Shown: piece after piece, positions 34,701-46,865 of the stretch | Position numbering within the stretch: position 1 is the stretch's first letter | Layout: each line of letters begins with the position of its first letter | Assembly: GCA_900617105.1 (NCBI GenBank) | Contig: UYFQ01000451.1 | Span: forward strand, 1-48,250 | Length of the DNA: 48,250 nt | Source: Hydrurus foetidus | Taxonomy: Eukaryota | Direction of reading: 5' to 3' | Program-made: the position numbers and the translations under genes | Notes under the pieces: model-generated | What the model saw: only the letters and a program-made list of their open reading frames with translations | Told to the model about the DNA's origin: nothing | The model's database searches: none

Positions 34701-36438
34701 GTCTACATCTATTAGTGATGATATAACATGTGGTTGTAATATATATTGTAGAGTAGACAATCATGACGAAAGATTAAATACGTTACAATTGAATGTAGGT
34801 AGACTAACACAACAGCAACTGAAAGCATATAATATTGCAGTCGAGTACATAAGTGGCGAGAAGAATAGTCAGATGTTAATGTTTGTAACTGGCGAAGGTG
34901 GTACTGGTAAATCATTCCTTATTAGCTTGATAATGGAATATACACAAATATGTCATGGGAAACAGAAGGGTTTATACGGTTCAGCATTGGCCATAGCACC
35001 GACGGGTGCGGCAGCTAGTGTTATAAGCGGGTATACGTGGCAGTCAGTCTACGGAAAAGGTAGAATAAAAAAGAAGTCAAAAGTCTGTAATATGTCGAAA
35101 GAATGTGCACAAGCTGTTGGTAGTAAAATATCGGGTGTTAAACTTATTGTTCTTGATGAAATTTCAATGATCAATTTGCAAACATTAAATGAAATAAGTG
35201 AGCGACAGATAGCAGCTATGGGTACTCAAACAAGTGATCCAGTTCTACGAAATAGTTTCAAATCAAAACATTTTGGGGGTGTACATATGTTGTTTACTGG
35301 AGATTTTTATCAATTAAGGCCAATTGATCCAGAAGCTATCTATACAAGTAATATTAAACATGAGAGCTCAATTAAGGGGCGCCAAATATGGCAAGATTTG
35401 AATGAATATGTAGTTCTAACTGAAAATACAAGGTATATGCATGATACGACTCCGATCATGAATGTGTTTTTATCTGGCGCAAGAAAAGGAAATGTTAACC
35501 AGGAGTTACTACATGCGATAAATTCTCGAGTATGTGTAAATGAAAGAGCAGCAAGGAGAGAAGCTGGTCCGGATGCTGTATGGATAGCTCACGAGAATAA
35601 GATAGTTAGAAGACTTAATAAAACAGATTTTGAAGAAAAGATGTCAAATGGTGTTTTAAGTTATAAACTTATTGCACGGCATTTACCTGTTTCAAAAGAA
35701 TATAAGCTGCCGGATAAAGAAGCCGTTGATGCAATGTTATTAATAACAAGGTATGGCAGTCCATCTCCATATTTAGATCTGGCCATTGGCACGAAAGTGA
35801 GCTGCACTATGAACCTGGGAACACAAATAGGTGAACTTATATCTTGTTTTTCAATTTGTTATAAAAATTTAACGGGAGCTATTTTACAACATACATTATG
35901 TATACAACATTCGCTCACAATATATAACATGTATATGAATTATTTAGGAATCTTTAATGGTGCAAAAGGAAAGGTTGTTGCCTTTGCATTTTCGTATGAT
36001 CCAGATATAATCGCAAATGATCAACAAAGTTCGTATATACAAAAGGAGTTACCTGTGGTATTTGTCCAGATGGACAATGATATAGGTTATTCAGTTATAC
36101 CTTCTATACCCAATGTGATTCCATTTACGGAACAATGTGATGTGACCGAAAGATATGGCAAGTATTATTTTAGATGGCAAATTCCACTTGTTGCTGCATT
36201 CGCTACAACAACTCATAAAATGCAAGGGTCAACAGTAAAAGGTAATTGTGTCACGATTCCTTCCCTGAAGGCTCCATGGGCTCGCGGATTGGACTATGTC
36301 GCTAATTCCAGGGCAACGGAATTATCAAAACTATTTCTAATTAGACCATTAAAAGAGCAGCATTTTACAAGTCATGCAAAAGAGCGAGAGATAATCGACC
36401 AAGAATATTTTCGTCTGAGTCGTTTGTTTCGATTGTAA
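31787..36438 (+). CDS. Helitron Rep-helicase (HUH-Y2 Rep plus Pif1-like SF1B helicase), N-terminally truncated, one frameshift
   Basis: Rep motifs LFFTVAPAD, RVE|YQARGTPHVHSL (across intron 32808-32896), HRCCFTCFKY...CRFGFP, NHDIQYI, EYVASYASK; helicase TGEGGTGKS, VLDEISMI, TGDFYQLRPI, LTENTRY, QIPLVAAFATTTHKMQGST, YVANSRA. Frameshift near 34093-34110; intron 35831-35948. Confidence 0.92.
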
Positions 36439-36657
36439 TTGGATTTTGTATTCAATAGAGTTTTGCTGAAAATTTATATGAAGTTACATTCAAAATTTTA
36501 AAATGAATCCAAAGTTTCAGTAAAAAAATATATTTGTATTTTTTTACTTCCATTCAGCAACGGGGCACCCGGAAACCATTGATAAATTCCTACGGACCCA
36601 ACAGAAGTTGATATAGAAAAAAATGAGGTTACCCCCTGAGAAAAATCTATATTTAAA

Positions 36658-38291
36658 TTATTTGTTTATGACATAAAGATCCATCAGATAACATTGGTTC
36701 ATCCAGCGCATTCGTGTGGCTAAATTTTGAATTGAGAAAAATTTTTCACCTCCGATGCATCCGTTGTCATATATTGTGCCCTGCAAATGTTCATCTAAAT
36801 CTACGCCTATGGCATGATCATTAAGCATTGGTTTACCTTTAATCCATGTATCAATCTTGTCTGTGTCTAATGATTTCGTAGATATAGATGTAAGAAGGCG
36901 TTTGTGCGTATCATTATTTCTCCGCGATGCTCCAAAAAATACATATTTTCCTTTTCTGCTCAGATTTGTCTCGAGACGTGTCATGTCCCAGGTTCCGTTG
37001 AAACCTAATTGTTTGAAACTGTACCTAACTATTAATCCTGTGGATCTATAATGCATGTCTGAAACATGTCTTAAGAATAAATGCGCGTCTGTCGAAGTAG
37101 TTCCACGTACGAAGTTCTTGCCCTGTTCGTTAACTGCAGCTTTAAAAACTTCCCTTACATCCATCGTTCCATTCATCTGGTGTTAGAGAAGCATATTGTT
37201 ATAAACTTTAAATTGCAGAAATGAATACAGTTACAGAGCTTACCGTTGCTAATTTTTGTTGCTCCTTATTCATGAGCCCAAACATGGCGCTAAGCATGCA
37301 CAAATTTTCCGATGGCTTCCATGATGTAGTGCTCTGTTCGACAAGCTCTTGAGATTGAGTGGCCGTCTCTGCTGCAAATGTAATGATTAATGTAGCTGGA
37401 ATGGTCAGCATTTTAGACGGCTAGATTCATGTGCCATGTTAGTTTATCTACAGTTGTGGCAAAGCATAAGATCGATCCTAATCTTTGTACCTTCATGACA
37501 TGTGTTGGTTTGATTTTTATGGCTTGGCTTCTTTGACATTTTACGGGCCGAATCTTTCCTAGCCTTAACCGTTATAGGTGGCGCCTTCAGCAACTTTGCC
37601 TGTTTACGAAGGTCCGCAGCTTTCGAAGGCGGCGCTCCTAATAACTTTGCCAGCTTGTGAGTGTTTGAAGCTTTTACTGGTGGCGATTTTAGTAACTTCG
37701 CCTGCTTCTGAGTGCTTGTAGCTATAAGCGATGGCGCCAGCATTGATTGTCCCAGCTTCTGCGGTCTTGGAGCGATTAATGGTGTCGCTAACACAGCCGG
37801 TTCTCCTATTGTTGATTGAAGTGGGTTGTCCCGTCAACATTGTGTTAGAGCCTTAGATCTAATGTTATCTAAGTACCTCCATGTCGATCGCTCAAAAGCT
37901 CAGGCCAGACAGGTTTCTTGGTCATGTCAGCTTCAGTTGCGTACGAAGCCATAATTATAGACGTTGGCGTTACCATCAAATTCGACAGCCTTCGTTGGCT
38001 TGACGATATTGCATTGGATGCAGCACTCATCGCCTTGGGGGCATCTGTGATCATTTTACCAATGCCAACAGTTAGGACAACGAAGATTTACAGCTATAGG
38101 GCAGCAGGCGCCATACCGAGTTGGCACGGCTCCGTAGCGATGTCGTTGCCCAATGTTGTGGACGAAATTCCTTCAGTCAGCAACTTCATGTGCGTATGCT
38201 TCTTGATTTGAGGCTTGCCAGAACTAAAGCTGTCGACGTGGCGTGAGGTTTTAACTGTTCCTACGAGGGCACGTTTGTTGTATGCTTGCAT
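36658..38291 (-). CDS. Helitron-associated gene, putative papain-fold cysteine peptidase with repetitive N-terminus (partly frameshifted)
   Basis: Exons 37244-37420 and 36658-37176 splice in frame, giving ENLCMLSA...NDHAIGVD...IYDNG (Cys-His-Asp order). Upstream exons contain 20-aa repeats; the start position is uncertain. Confidence 0.5.
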
Positions 38292-38344
38292 GAGTCGTGA
38301 GAGCTCACTGTAGCTACGATGTGTACAGGGTTATGTTCAACCTA

Positions 38345-39070
38345 CACGTGTTGGGATTTGTGGCTCCGCGACGAGTTAATCTGAATTTACATCAAATAAT
38401 CTACTTAAAAATCAAATCTGTCGGCTGCAGTAGCTTGCACGCAGTAACTTCAACAATAAATGTTCAATTTGCTTCAAACATAAATTATTATGTTCATGAT
38501 GGAAACTTGCATGTATGCATAAACTTATGTAAAATAAGGAGTATGCCATTGCTTGATATGCTGTATGGGCTGTGTCAACTATTGGAAATTGGGGCTCCGC
38601 GACGAATTAATCTGAAGTTACATCAAATTTTATACTTCAATAACAAAGCTGTCGGCTGCAGAAGCTGGCGCGCATTAACTTCAGCAGTCAATGTTCAATT
38701 TGTTTTATAAAAATAATTGTATTCATGTAGTTGATTTTTATGTCTGCATTTACTGATGTGAGATTAAGCATTATTAAAGAGTATGCTATGGCTTGTCATG
38801 GTGTCTGGTGTGTGAAAACTATTGGTGATCGTGGCCCTAAGCAAAAAAAAATTATGAATCACATCAAATATTCTTCTTAAATACCAAAGCTGTCGGCTGC
38901 AGAAGCTGGCGTACATTAACTTCAACAATAAGTGTTCAATTTGCGAAATACAAAAATAACTGTTTCCAAGTATGTGATTTTGTATGTGCGCATAAACTGA
39001 TGTGATATACAGCATCAAATAAGTTTATGCTATGGCTTGACATGCTGTCTGGTCTGTGACATTTATTGGT
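38345..39070. repeat. Three diverged ~235-bp tandem repeats
   Basis: Units begin near 38351, 38581 and 38821, each with ...ACATCAAAT...CTGTCGGCTGCAG...TAACTTCA...TGTTCAATTTG. Confidence 0.85.
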
Positions 39071-39182
39071 TTACAAATAATCTTAACTAGGATTTTTTTA
39101 TGCGTATAACTTAGTTATCTTTTAACAGCATTTATTATTTTATTTGATAGATGCAGGCTTTAATCTTGTGGCTCCGCGTAAA

Positions 39183-40161
39183 TTACGTATTACGCCTTGG
39201 GTTGAACGGTTTAACAGGGCTTCTGGCGGAAAAGTCGAAATTGGCTGGTGTGTACGCAGCAGGTGGAGGAGTATGCCACGTAGTAGGATTTTTTAGATAC
39301 ACCCCGTTGTTTGTGTAATAGTTGAATGATGGCCACTCGATAACTTCTGGTAGTACAAGATGGCAAAGAGGCAATTCAGCCCTACGAGGGTTTGGAAGGA
39401 CAGTTGTTAACGAATACACCTCTGCGACCTGGTGGAACAGTGCTTGCGACGCATTGGCCGGTTTTAGGACAAACTACAGAAAATTATCACAATAATATTT
39501 GATAATATTTAAATCGTAAGGTTAATAATACTTAAGCCTTATCTTTATAGCTTACTCATACCTGGAGAAATTTTGAAGCATCCGAATGTATGTGAAGTGG
39601 GCCTGTCTTTAAAAACTCCGATGGATCACGAAACAGAAAGACAGTCGGATTCTCAGTCCTCGATTCGTTTGCGCTACAGAAATATAGACACTGCTAAGAA
39701 GTTTAAGTGTCTTGACAGATATGTAATAGTTCTTACTTGAACCAAGTTTCCAAGAGATGAGCCTGTTCACCCCAACAAATTATAGTTCGGACTACTCCAG
39801 TTGGGTCTACAATGGTAATGTTTATAACAGGCTCGAGTTTGTCTTCGAGGCCGCGTTGCTTTACGTTCTTGTACTCAACTCTTCCCATGGCGACTACAAT
39901 AAAGCATCTTGCGGCCTTGTCATCAAATACTCTATCGTTAGAAGATCGGTTGACAATTACAACGTCGGCATCCTCTGCCTGTACGGTGCTTTTTTCTTCT
40001 TTGATTAAGTCTTCATCGTCGTGAGCCCAAACATGGTCTTCGTTACAGATATCCTCGTTTGCTGCTGCCCTAAGGCTCGGTTGATCTGAGGCAGCCGCTG
40101 CTGTGGAGCTCGATGATTTCTCAACCTTCTTGGTTGCCTTGGATTGAGGAGATTTTCCCAT
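39183..40161 (-). CDS. RPA70-like OB-fold ssDNA-binding protein (3 exons)
   Basis: Exons ~39737-40161, ~39561-39675 and 39183-~39474 are in frame; FIVVAMGRVEY...VINITIVDPTGVVRTIICWGEQA matches the RPA1 OB-fold pattern. Confidence 0.65.
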
Positions 40162-40652
40162 TGCAAAATTTTTGAGAGTTACGTGAATTTGATTGTAACC
40201 AGTTGTTCATGATGTGCATTGTTCCATCCACACTTTTCGTTGTGGGATGATACATTTTAATTGACATTTGGTCATGATCGTCACCATCATGCCGAAACCC
40301 TCCGTCATTTTTTGTGTGTGCCGATACTTGTGAATTTGAAAACGTAACCGACACCAAATAAGTCTGCACTACTCTACTAATCAATGCTACGTCAATTAAA
40401 ATGTCAGTTGGGCGGACACTGTTCATCTAAATTGGATGAATGCTGCACCTTCAAATCACGTCGACATCACTTTCCATTTAGACGCATGTGGAATTTGTCC
40501 ATGCACCATACACGGATAATGACTGAACAAATCGAAATCTAACTGCCACTCGTCTGACAGAGCAGATCAGACTTGTCCTTAATCTGTAACTGAAATTTAA
40601 TCATACAGCATTGCGCAATCAGCAGTGAAATATCTGTGTCGAATAATTCAGC

Positions 40653-41932
40653 ATGCTTCAGAACTGTGACCTGGATGAAGGGCTTGATGAAAACATTTTT
40701 GACTTGGTGAACGCTGAGTACACGACGGAATACGAGATATATGTAGGAAGAGTTGATCGACTGCTGTCGACATCCACAACAATTCGTAAGGTCGGAGGTC
40801 AACTTAATTACGACGCAATAATTTCTTGGACGAATAACTATAACGCGTTCAGAGCAGAGTGCGATTATGAAGCTGCGGATATCAGAAGAGCGGTGAACAA
40901 AAATACATGTGATATTAATTACTGCGTAAATAATGGTCTTATGTTCTGGAACTTTCTGAAGACTTCACACTTCTTTAAGAAGTCTCCATGGTACTACAGA
41001 GAATATATGGTCGAAAAACTCATGGGGAATTATGTGGTGGACGTTGAGTAATATTGTAAGTAGGAAACTGTTAAACGATAATAACAGCTACAAATTTACA
41101 GTAACGTCTAACAGTTACAACAGGATAACCCAAGACAGCAAAAGACAAGTGTCTATTAACAAAATATCATCTGTCCAAATAGCACAAGGGTGGATTAACA
41201 ACGTTCATATAGATGACATGGTACGTAATATACTATATATATATTAATAATTGCTGTACTAAATAAACTTTTGTTTCCAGGATGACATAAAATTGTACTT
41301 TCAAGCAGAAAGAGGTGACAAACGCCACTTGTGCAAAAAAATGTATAATTGGTTCAAGCGCAGATTAACAAGCTTCAAGAACTACCTTACGGAGCTATTT
41401 CCAAGTTGTGACAAAGCGAAAAAAGTAAAACAACATCAAAGCAAGCGCAAACGATCAGTTAGTCAGCCAATTTATCTACAGACACCACGAACACCAGAAA
41501 TTACAGTACAATATGATAATATGCTAATTGCTGAAACGCGGTTGGAAGGGACAATAGATTGTCACGTAAGTTATCATGATTGCACTAAACCAGCCAGGGT
41601 ACATATCTCAATATCTTAATAATGAATGTTAGGAGCTTTTCGTCGACAACCTTCAAATTCTATCCAGTGCGTCAACAGACAGTCAGATCACAGATGTAGC
41701 TGCTGGTCTGCTTCATATAAATAAGGTGAAATAATTATTACCTATATTAATGCTGCAAAATTAGCTTTATACTTAATGACCATATTATATCTCACAGGTA
41801 GACAAACATATCATCCAAATTGACATAAATAGCAGTAAAGTGCAAATGCTACTTAAAGAATGGCCGGACGATATCCAAAATAGCATTTTGATATTTCTAG
41901 GACAAGCAGAAATGCTTTGGGAAGATGATTAA
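40653..41932 (+). CDS. Uncharacterised multi-exon gene inside the Helitron (one apparent frameshift)
   Basis: GT-AG introns 41221-41280, 41566-41631 and ~41726-41797 join the ORF pieces in frame to stop TAA 41930-41932; frameshift at the GGGG run near 41024-41027; no recognisable domain. Confidence 0.55.
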
Positions 41933-42331
41933 TACACCTCTTGTAATATTGTATCGTACTGATCTGTAGAACATATTTTGATAGGATAGACACAGGCAAT
42001 GCTATAGTAATTAATTACAAATTGTTATATGTTGAAACACTTATGTTAAATATAACAGCAACTTTTCTGAAAAAGAGCATATCCTATTCAAAACTCTGAG
42101 TCTAATAGATCGTGCCCTGAGAAATTAAAATTTCGTTTGCGGGACACGATAATTCACATAATTATCCGACTGAGGCTACCTTAGCTAAGAACCGTATTTT
42201 GTATTTGGTATATGTACGTATGTGATCTGAAATTGTATGTCCGATCGTATCGTGCCATATACTCAGCTCAACATATTAGTACAATCAACTTCCACACTCA
42301 AGGCGTGACAGAACAAGATAACCACACTCAA

Positions 42332-45300
42332 ATGGTAGAGACCCGAACAAAACGGCTGCTCGAAGCCTCAGTCGACAATTCCGATGAGTCTGGTAGCGAA
42401 AACGAAGCAGATGATATATATAACTCGCAAGAGTTGGCTGGCATCAACATGCCAGATGACAACGAAGAAATGGTTTACCTACACAATCCTAAACAGTACA
42501 CACCACCGAAGGAGTTTATTAGTCTTGTCGGAGGACCTCAAACTTTTGAAAAGCTTATGAAGTGCGTGGAGTCGGATGGACGCAGTAGAATGTACATCGC
42601 CGTGTTCCAAGCGGGATTCAAATCCGAAGCGCAGAAAGATCTATTAATTAAAGAGCTTCAGTCAAATGCCTACTTTTTTCAGAGCTTCGTTCAGGCAACA
42701 CCAACATTTAAGACGGCTATAGGACAAAGCACACTTCTTAATAAAGTCGCGGTATCCCGATTTCAGGGAAATGATCGAACTGACATCAAGCAACTGCTGT
42801 AAGTCCTCCTTCCGCTTTACAAAGATTTACAAAGAAACTTTAGCTCTTTGCTAATTGACACGTCCGTTGAAATGTAGGCGCTCAATTCGAGCTGAAGATA
42901 GCGTCCCAGATGCCAGAGTATCGCAGCTTAAAATTGGCAATGAAGTTGTGCGGGTGCTGAAGCTGAGTGCTGACTATCTGGTACAATTGTAGAAACATAT
43001 GATAGAAAATGTACATACTGAAACTCTGAGTAAACTAGTATATCTTAGATACCATCGAATCAACTGCAACGCAATGCTGACAATCTGGTACAGTTGAAGA
43101 AACTTATGATATATATGTACATACTGTAACGCTGAGTAAACTATTACATCTTATATACCATTGAATCAACTGCAATACAGGAATTGGTTGAGAACTTTTT
43201 AAAGAATTCCAATATGAACAAATTAAAAAGACGGTTCGCTCATTATTGTCTGAAAGTCAATAAAAATTACAAAGAGTTCTTGTGGCGCCTTGCCGACAAA
43301 GATATTCCGGATGATTGGCAAAAGGCAACAACATACAACAAAAGAATCTCAGCTGCAAGAAAGAAAGCGCGGCTTCAAAAACTACACGTAAGTGATTGTT
43401 ACAAGATACATATCCCAAAACACCAATAATTGTTGCATAATTACTAGGATGTGGAAGACGAAGACGTCCAAAGCAATAAAAAGCTAATAAAATCTGCGCA
43501 GGTAATATTAATACGCAAATTATGTAGATGTATAAGCAATTAACATTAGATCGTTTCAAATTTCATACAGATCCAAAAAAAAGTCTACCCCGCAGCCAAA
43601 TACGAAAAAATCAACAAAAAATGGAAAACATGTAAGATAAAATTATTCCTATGCATCAACAAGTTTCGATATACTTAACCAATGTCGCATATATAAACAG
43701 CAGAATAATAACATAACACCGGAAGAACAAGAAATAGTGGACTTTTCGCAAGAGGAAGAAGAGGAGGAAGAGGATGAAAGTCAAGATGAAGTAGAGGAAG
43801 AAGTAGACTTAAGTCAAAATAACGACGAACCTCACGTTGCAGAAATTGAGGTAAAAAAATTGAATGCTATCTTAAACATACTCATTTATTATGGACAACA
43901 AATTGCATAATAGGAGAATACCACACAGCATCAGAATAATATACGCATTGTGTGTCTAAATATGTAATGTATTACAATACTGCATTAAACACAGAAATGT
44001 CAAGGTTCAGTGGATATACGTGAGAATGTGCAACAAGAACAAATAAGTCAAGCAAATAATGACTCATCGGTAAGTAAATAACATAACCAAATTATGCAAT
44101 ACTGTTGAACTAAAATTTGGATTTATAATCTATAAATTATTAGGCTACAAATAATAATCCATGGATTAGTATATTTACACAAAAATACGAGCACTTAGCA
44201 TCACACATGCAGAACGAACTTAAAGATTTAATTGATCGCTACTTTAAAGATATAGTGGAAACATCTGAAAGTGGCGATACAAGCAATGCACAGAACAATA
44301 ATTCAAATACTACATTAAATAATAACATACAAAATATAACAGCAAGATGCTCAGAAACAGATAGTAATGAAATTAGTTCTACTCTAGCACATCCTACATC
44401 ACAAGAATCGCAGAATATAAATACGCTAGGGCATAATTCATCTAATAATGTATCGGGTGGTAATATTCAAGAAATTACAGAAATATTTATTCCAATTGGA
44501 CATACTGGTATAAATGTGATGGAGACCACCGACACTTCTCTTGAACATACAACATCTATTGGCATTTTACAAAATATAAATATTAATACGCTACAACAAC
44601 GATTGCAGGATAATGTACCGGATAATAATAATCCACAAGAAACGCATGAAATTATACCAATACAACAAACAATAATTAATGTTATGAATGACACCGTATT
44701 TACTCCACAAAATATCACATCTATTGAAATTATACCAATTATAAATCCACAAATAAATATCATGGCGGACAACACACCTACGCCTGAAGATCTAACATCA
44801 GTTCAACATCCAAGACCTAATATTGTAACACAAATGACACAAACAACACCAATACCAAATACATTAACAGCAGAAAAAAATACAAACTCTAGAACTGGTA
44901 AACATTCAAACACAAAGAAGAAAAATCAAACTACAGAGCCGCAAAATAATACTCAAAAACCGCAAAATAAAATTACAGTGCAGAATCGTAAACGAACAAA
45001 AGTACCATATACGCCATACGAAATCACCATAACAGAAAGGGACAGAGTTAATTGTACAATCTCACAGGAAACATTTTTCAGTTCTGCACAACAACCTCGA
45101 ATAGGACGTGGTCAAAACACAACTCCAATATGTAGAATACGAGAAATAGAAGAACTGACAAGTGATGAGATTGATTTATATATAAATCATTTAAATGACA
45201 AATTCAGACAATGCAAAAATACAAACGTTCTAATATTAAATGTGGATTTTTATATAATGGCACTAAGGTATATTGTACAAGAGGAGGACGAATTTAATGC

Positions 45301-46018
45301 AGCACCATTTGCAACGCCAAATGATGATATGACACAATATGGTGAACTAGTAGAAAAAAGACCACTACTTGAACCATACAATAAGCAAAATGAAATTAGA
45401 TACACAACACTTGTTGAAAGTTTTCCAACCGCAGATGACTTTAAAAACTTTCAGAAGGTATGTTGCAACATAATTACACATACAAATATATATATTTCAC
45501 CAACTATACTAACAAATACATGTGCGCACATAATCACAGATATGTTTTCCAATACAAACAGCTGGCCATTGGATGCTTATTGTAGTTTCCATAAAAACAG
45601 ACTTATATTAATGTGCGATAGCATCGCTGAATCATCAATCCCAGAAAGATGTATTGAGGATACAGTATCCTTTCTCAGATATTACTACCCCGAAATACAA
45701 GAAACATCATGGAGATATGATACCTTACATAACGGTGACAGATTCCAAAACGTTAACTTGAACAAAGACTGCGGCTTTCACATATTAAACTTTATTCATG
45801 CGGCAATTAAAAATGCAAGAATTCCACAATTACATGAAACCTTTAATGCATTCAAAGCACGTACTGAAAAACTGTTAAAAGAATTACAAAATCCCGCAAA
45901 TACACAGTCAACATCTTCCTCGAGCGCGATAAACACAGAACTGACACAAACACATTCACCACAAGAACAATCCGAAAATACGCAACAAACACAGTCGGAA
46001 ATTACGCCACAACAATAA
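42332..46018 (+). CDS. Large multi-exon protein with C-terminal Ulp1/C48 (SUMO-type) cysteine protease domain
   Basis: LTSDEIDLYINHL, ILNVDFY; after intron 45458-45539 ICFPIQTAGHWMLIVV, then (after a 1-nt shift in AAAA near 45593) LILMCDS and FQNVNLNKDCGFHIL, giving the His-Asp-Gln-Cys of C48. The middle region is acidic and N/T/Q-rich. Confidence 0.72.
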
Positions 46019-46599
46019 CATTACCCACATGACAATCGAAAAAGATTCATTAATAAAACACTTGGTGACATCTCATATTAGTAGAAATGTATATACAAAT
46101 CCGATTGCTAACATTTAAATTGTTTTGTAACTAACATATTATTAAAATTTGTATAGCCGTCAAATGTCAATTTTTCTGCCATGTTAAATGCAAGAAAAGA
46201 GGATTATAACACCAGACAGAAAGCCAGACAGATAATTATATTGACAAAGAAATTGCCAACGGAAATTCGTAACTCCTCAGGCACAAAATCTGGCGAACAG
46301 TGATAGTAAAATTTCAATTGCAAGGAACCAAACATTTTTTTATTTTATACGCATTTTGCATCCGAATTTTGTTCGTGGATACACAAGAAACGACTGGATT
46401 AACATATGCGGATGAATTTAAACAACACCTGACACATCTCATCGGATATCCCAAATCTCTAGTTAACGCAAATATTCATGAAGTCAGTAACCGAAAATGA
46501 TAAATGACAAATAAACACTAAACTACATTAATATAATGTACATTTATATTAAAATGCAACCTTAGCAAAATAAATATAAATTTAGATATAATACAACAT

Positions 46600-46865
46600 C
46601 GTGTATACAGTATATATTACAGTATACAGTATATACAATATACAGTATAAAGTATATATACAAGATACATTATACTATACAATCAGTTGATACTTTTGAT
46701 TGATAATGTTACTTATGTCCGAAACAGAGTATTCGTATCCATTCATACATGCACATTAATAAAATATACAGTATACAATATATAGAATATATACAGTATA
46801 CAATATGTAATATATGTTGTATACTGTATATATACAGAATACAGTATGCGAATTATACGGTATAA
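46600..46865. repeat. Degenerate CAGTATA/TATAC microsatellite
   Basis: Repeated cagtata, tatacag and caatata units. Confidence 0.75.

Noticed and set aside
38345..39070. Repeat array as CRISPR-like
   Set aside because: Units are ~235 bp and similar along their whole length, with no repeat-spacer structure and no cas genes; eukaryotic context.
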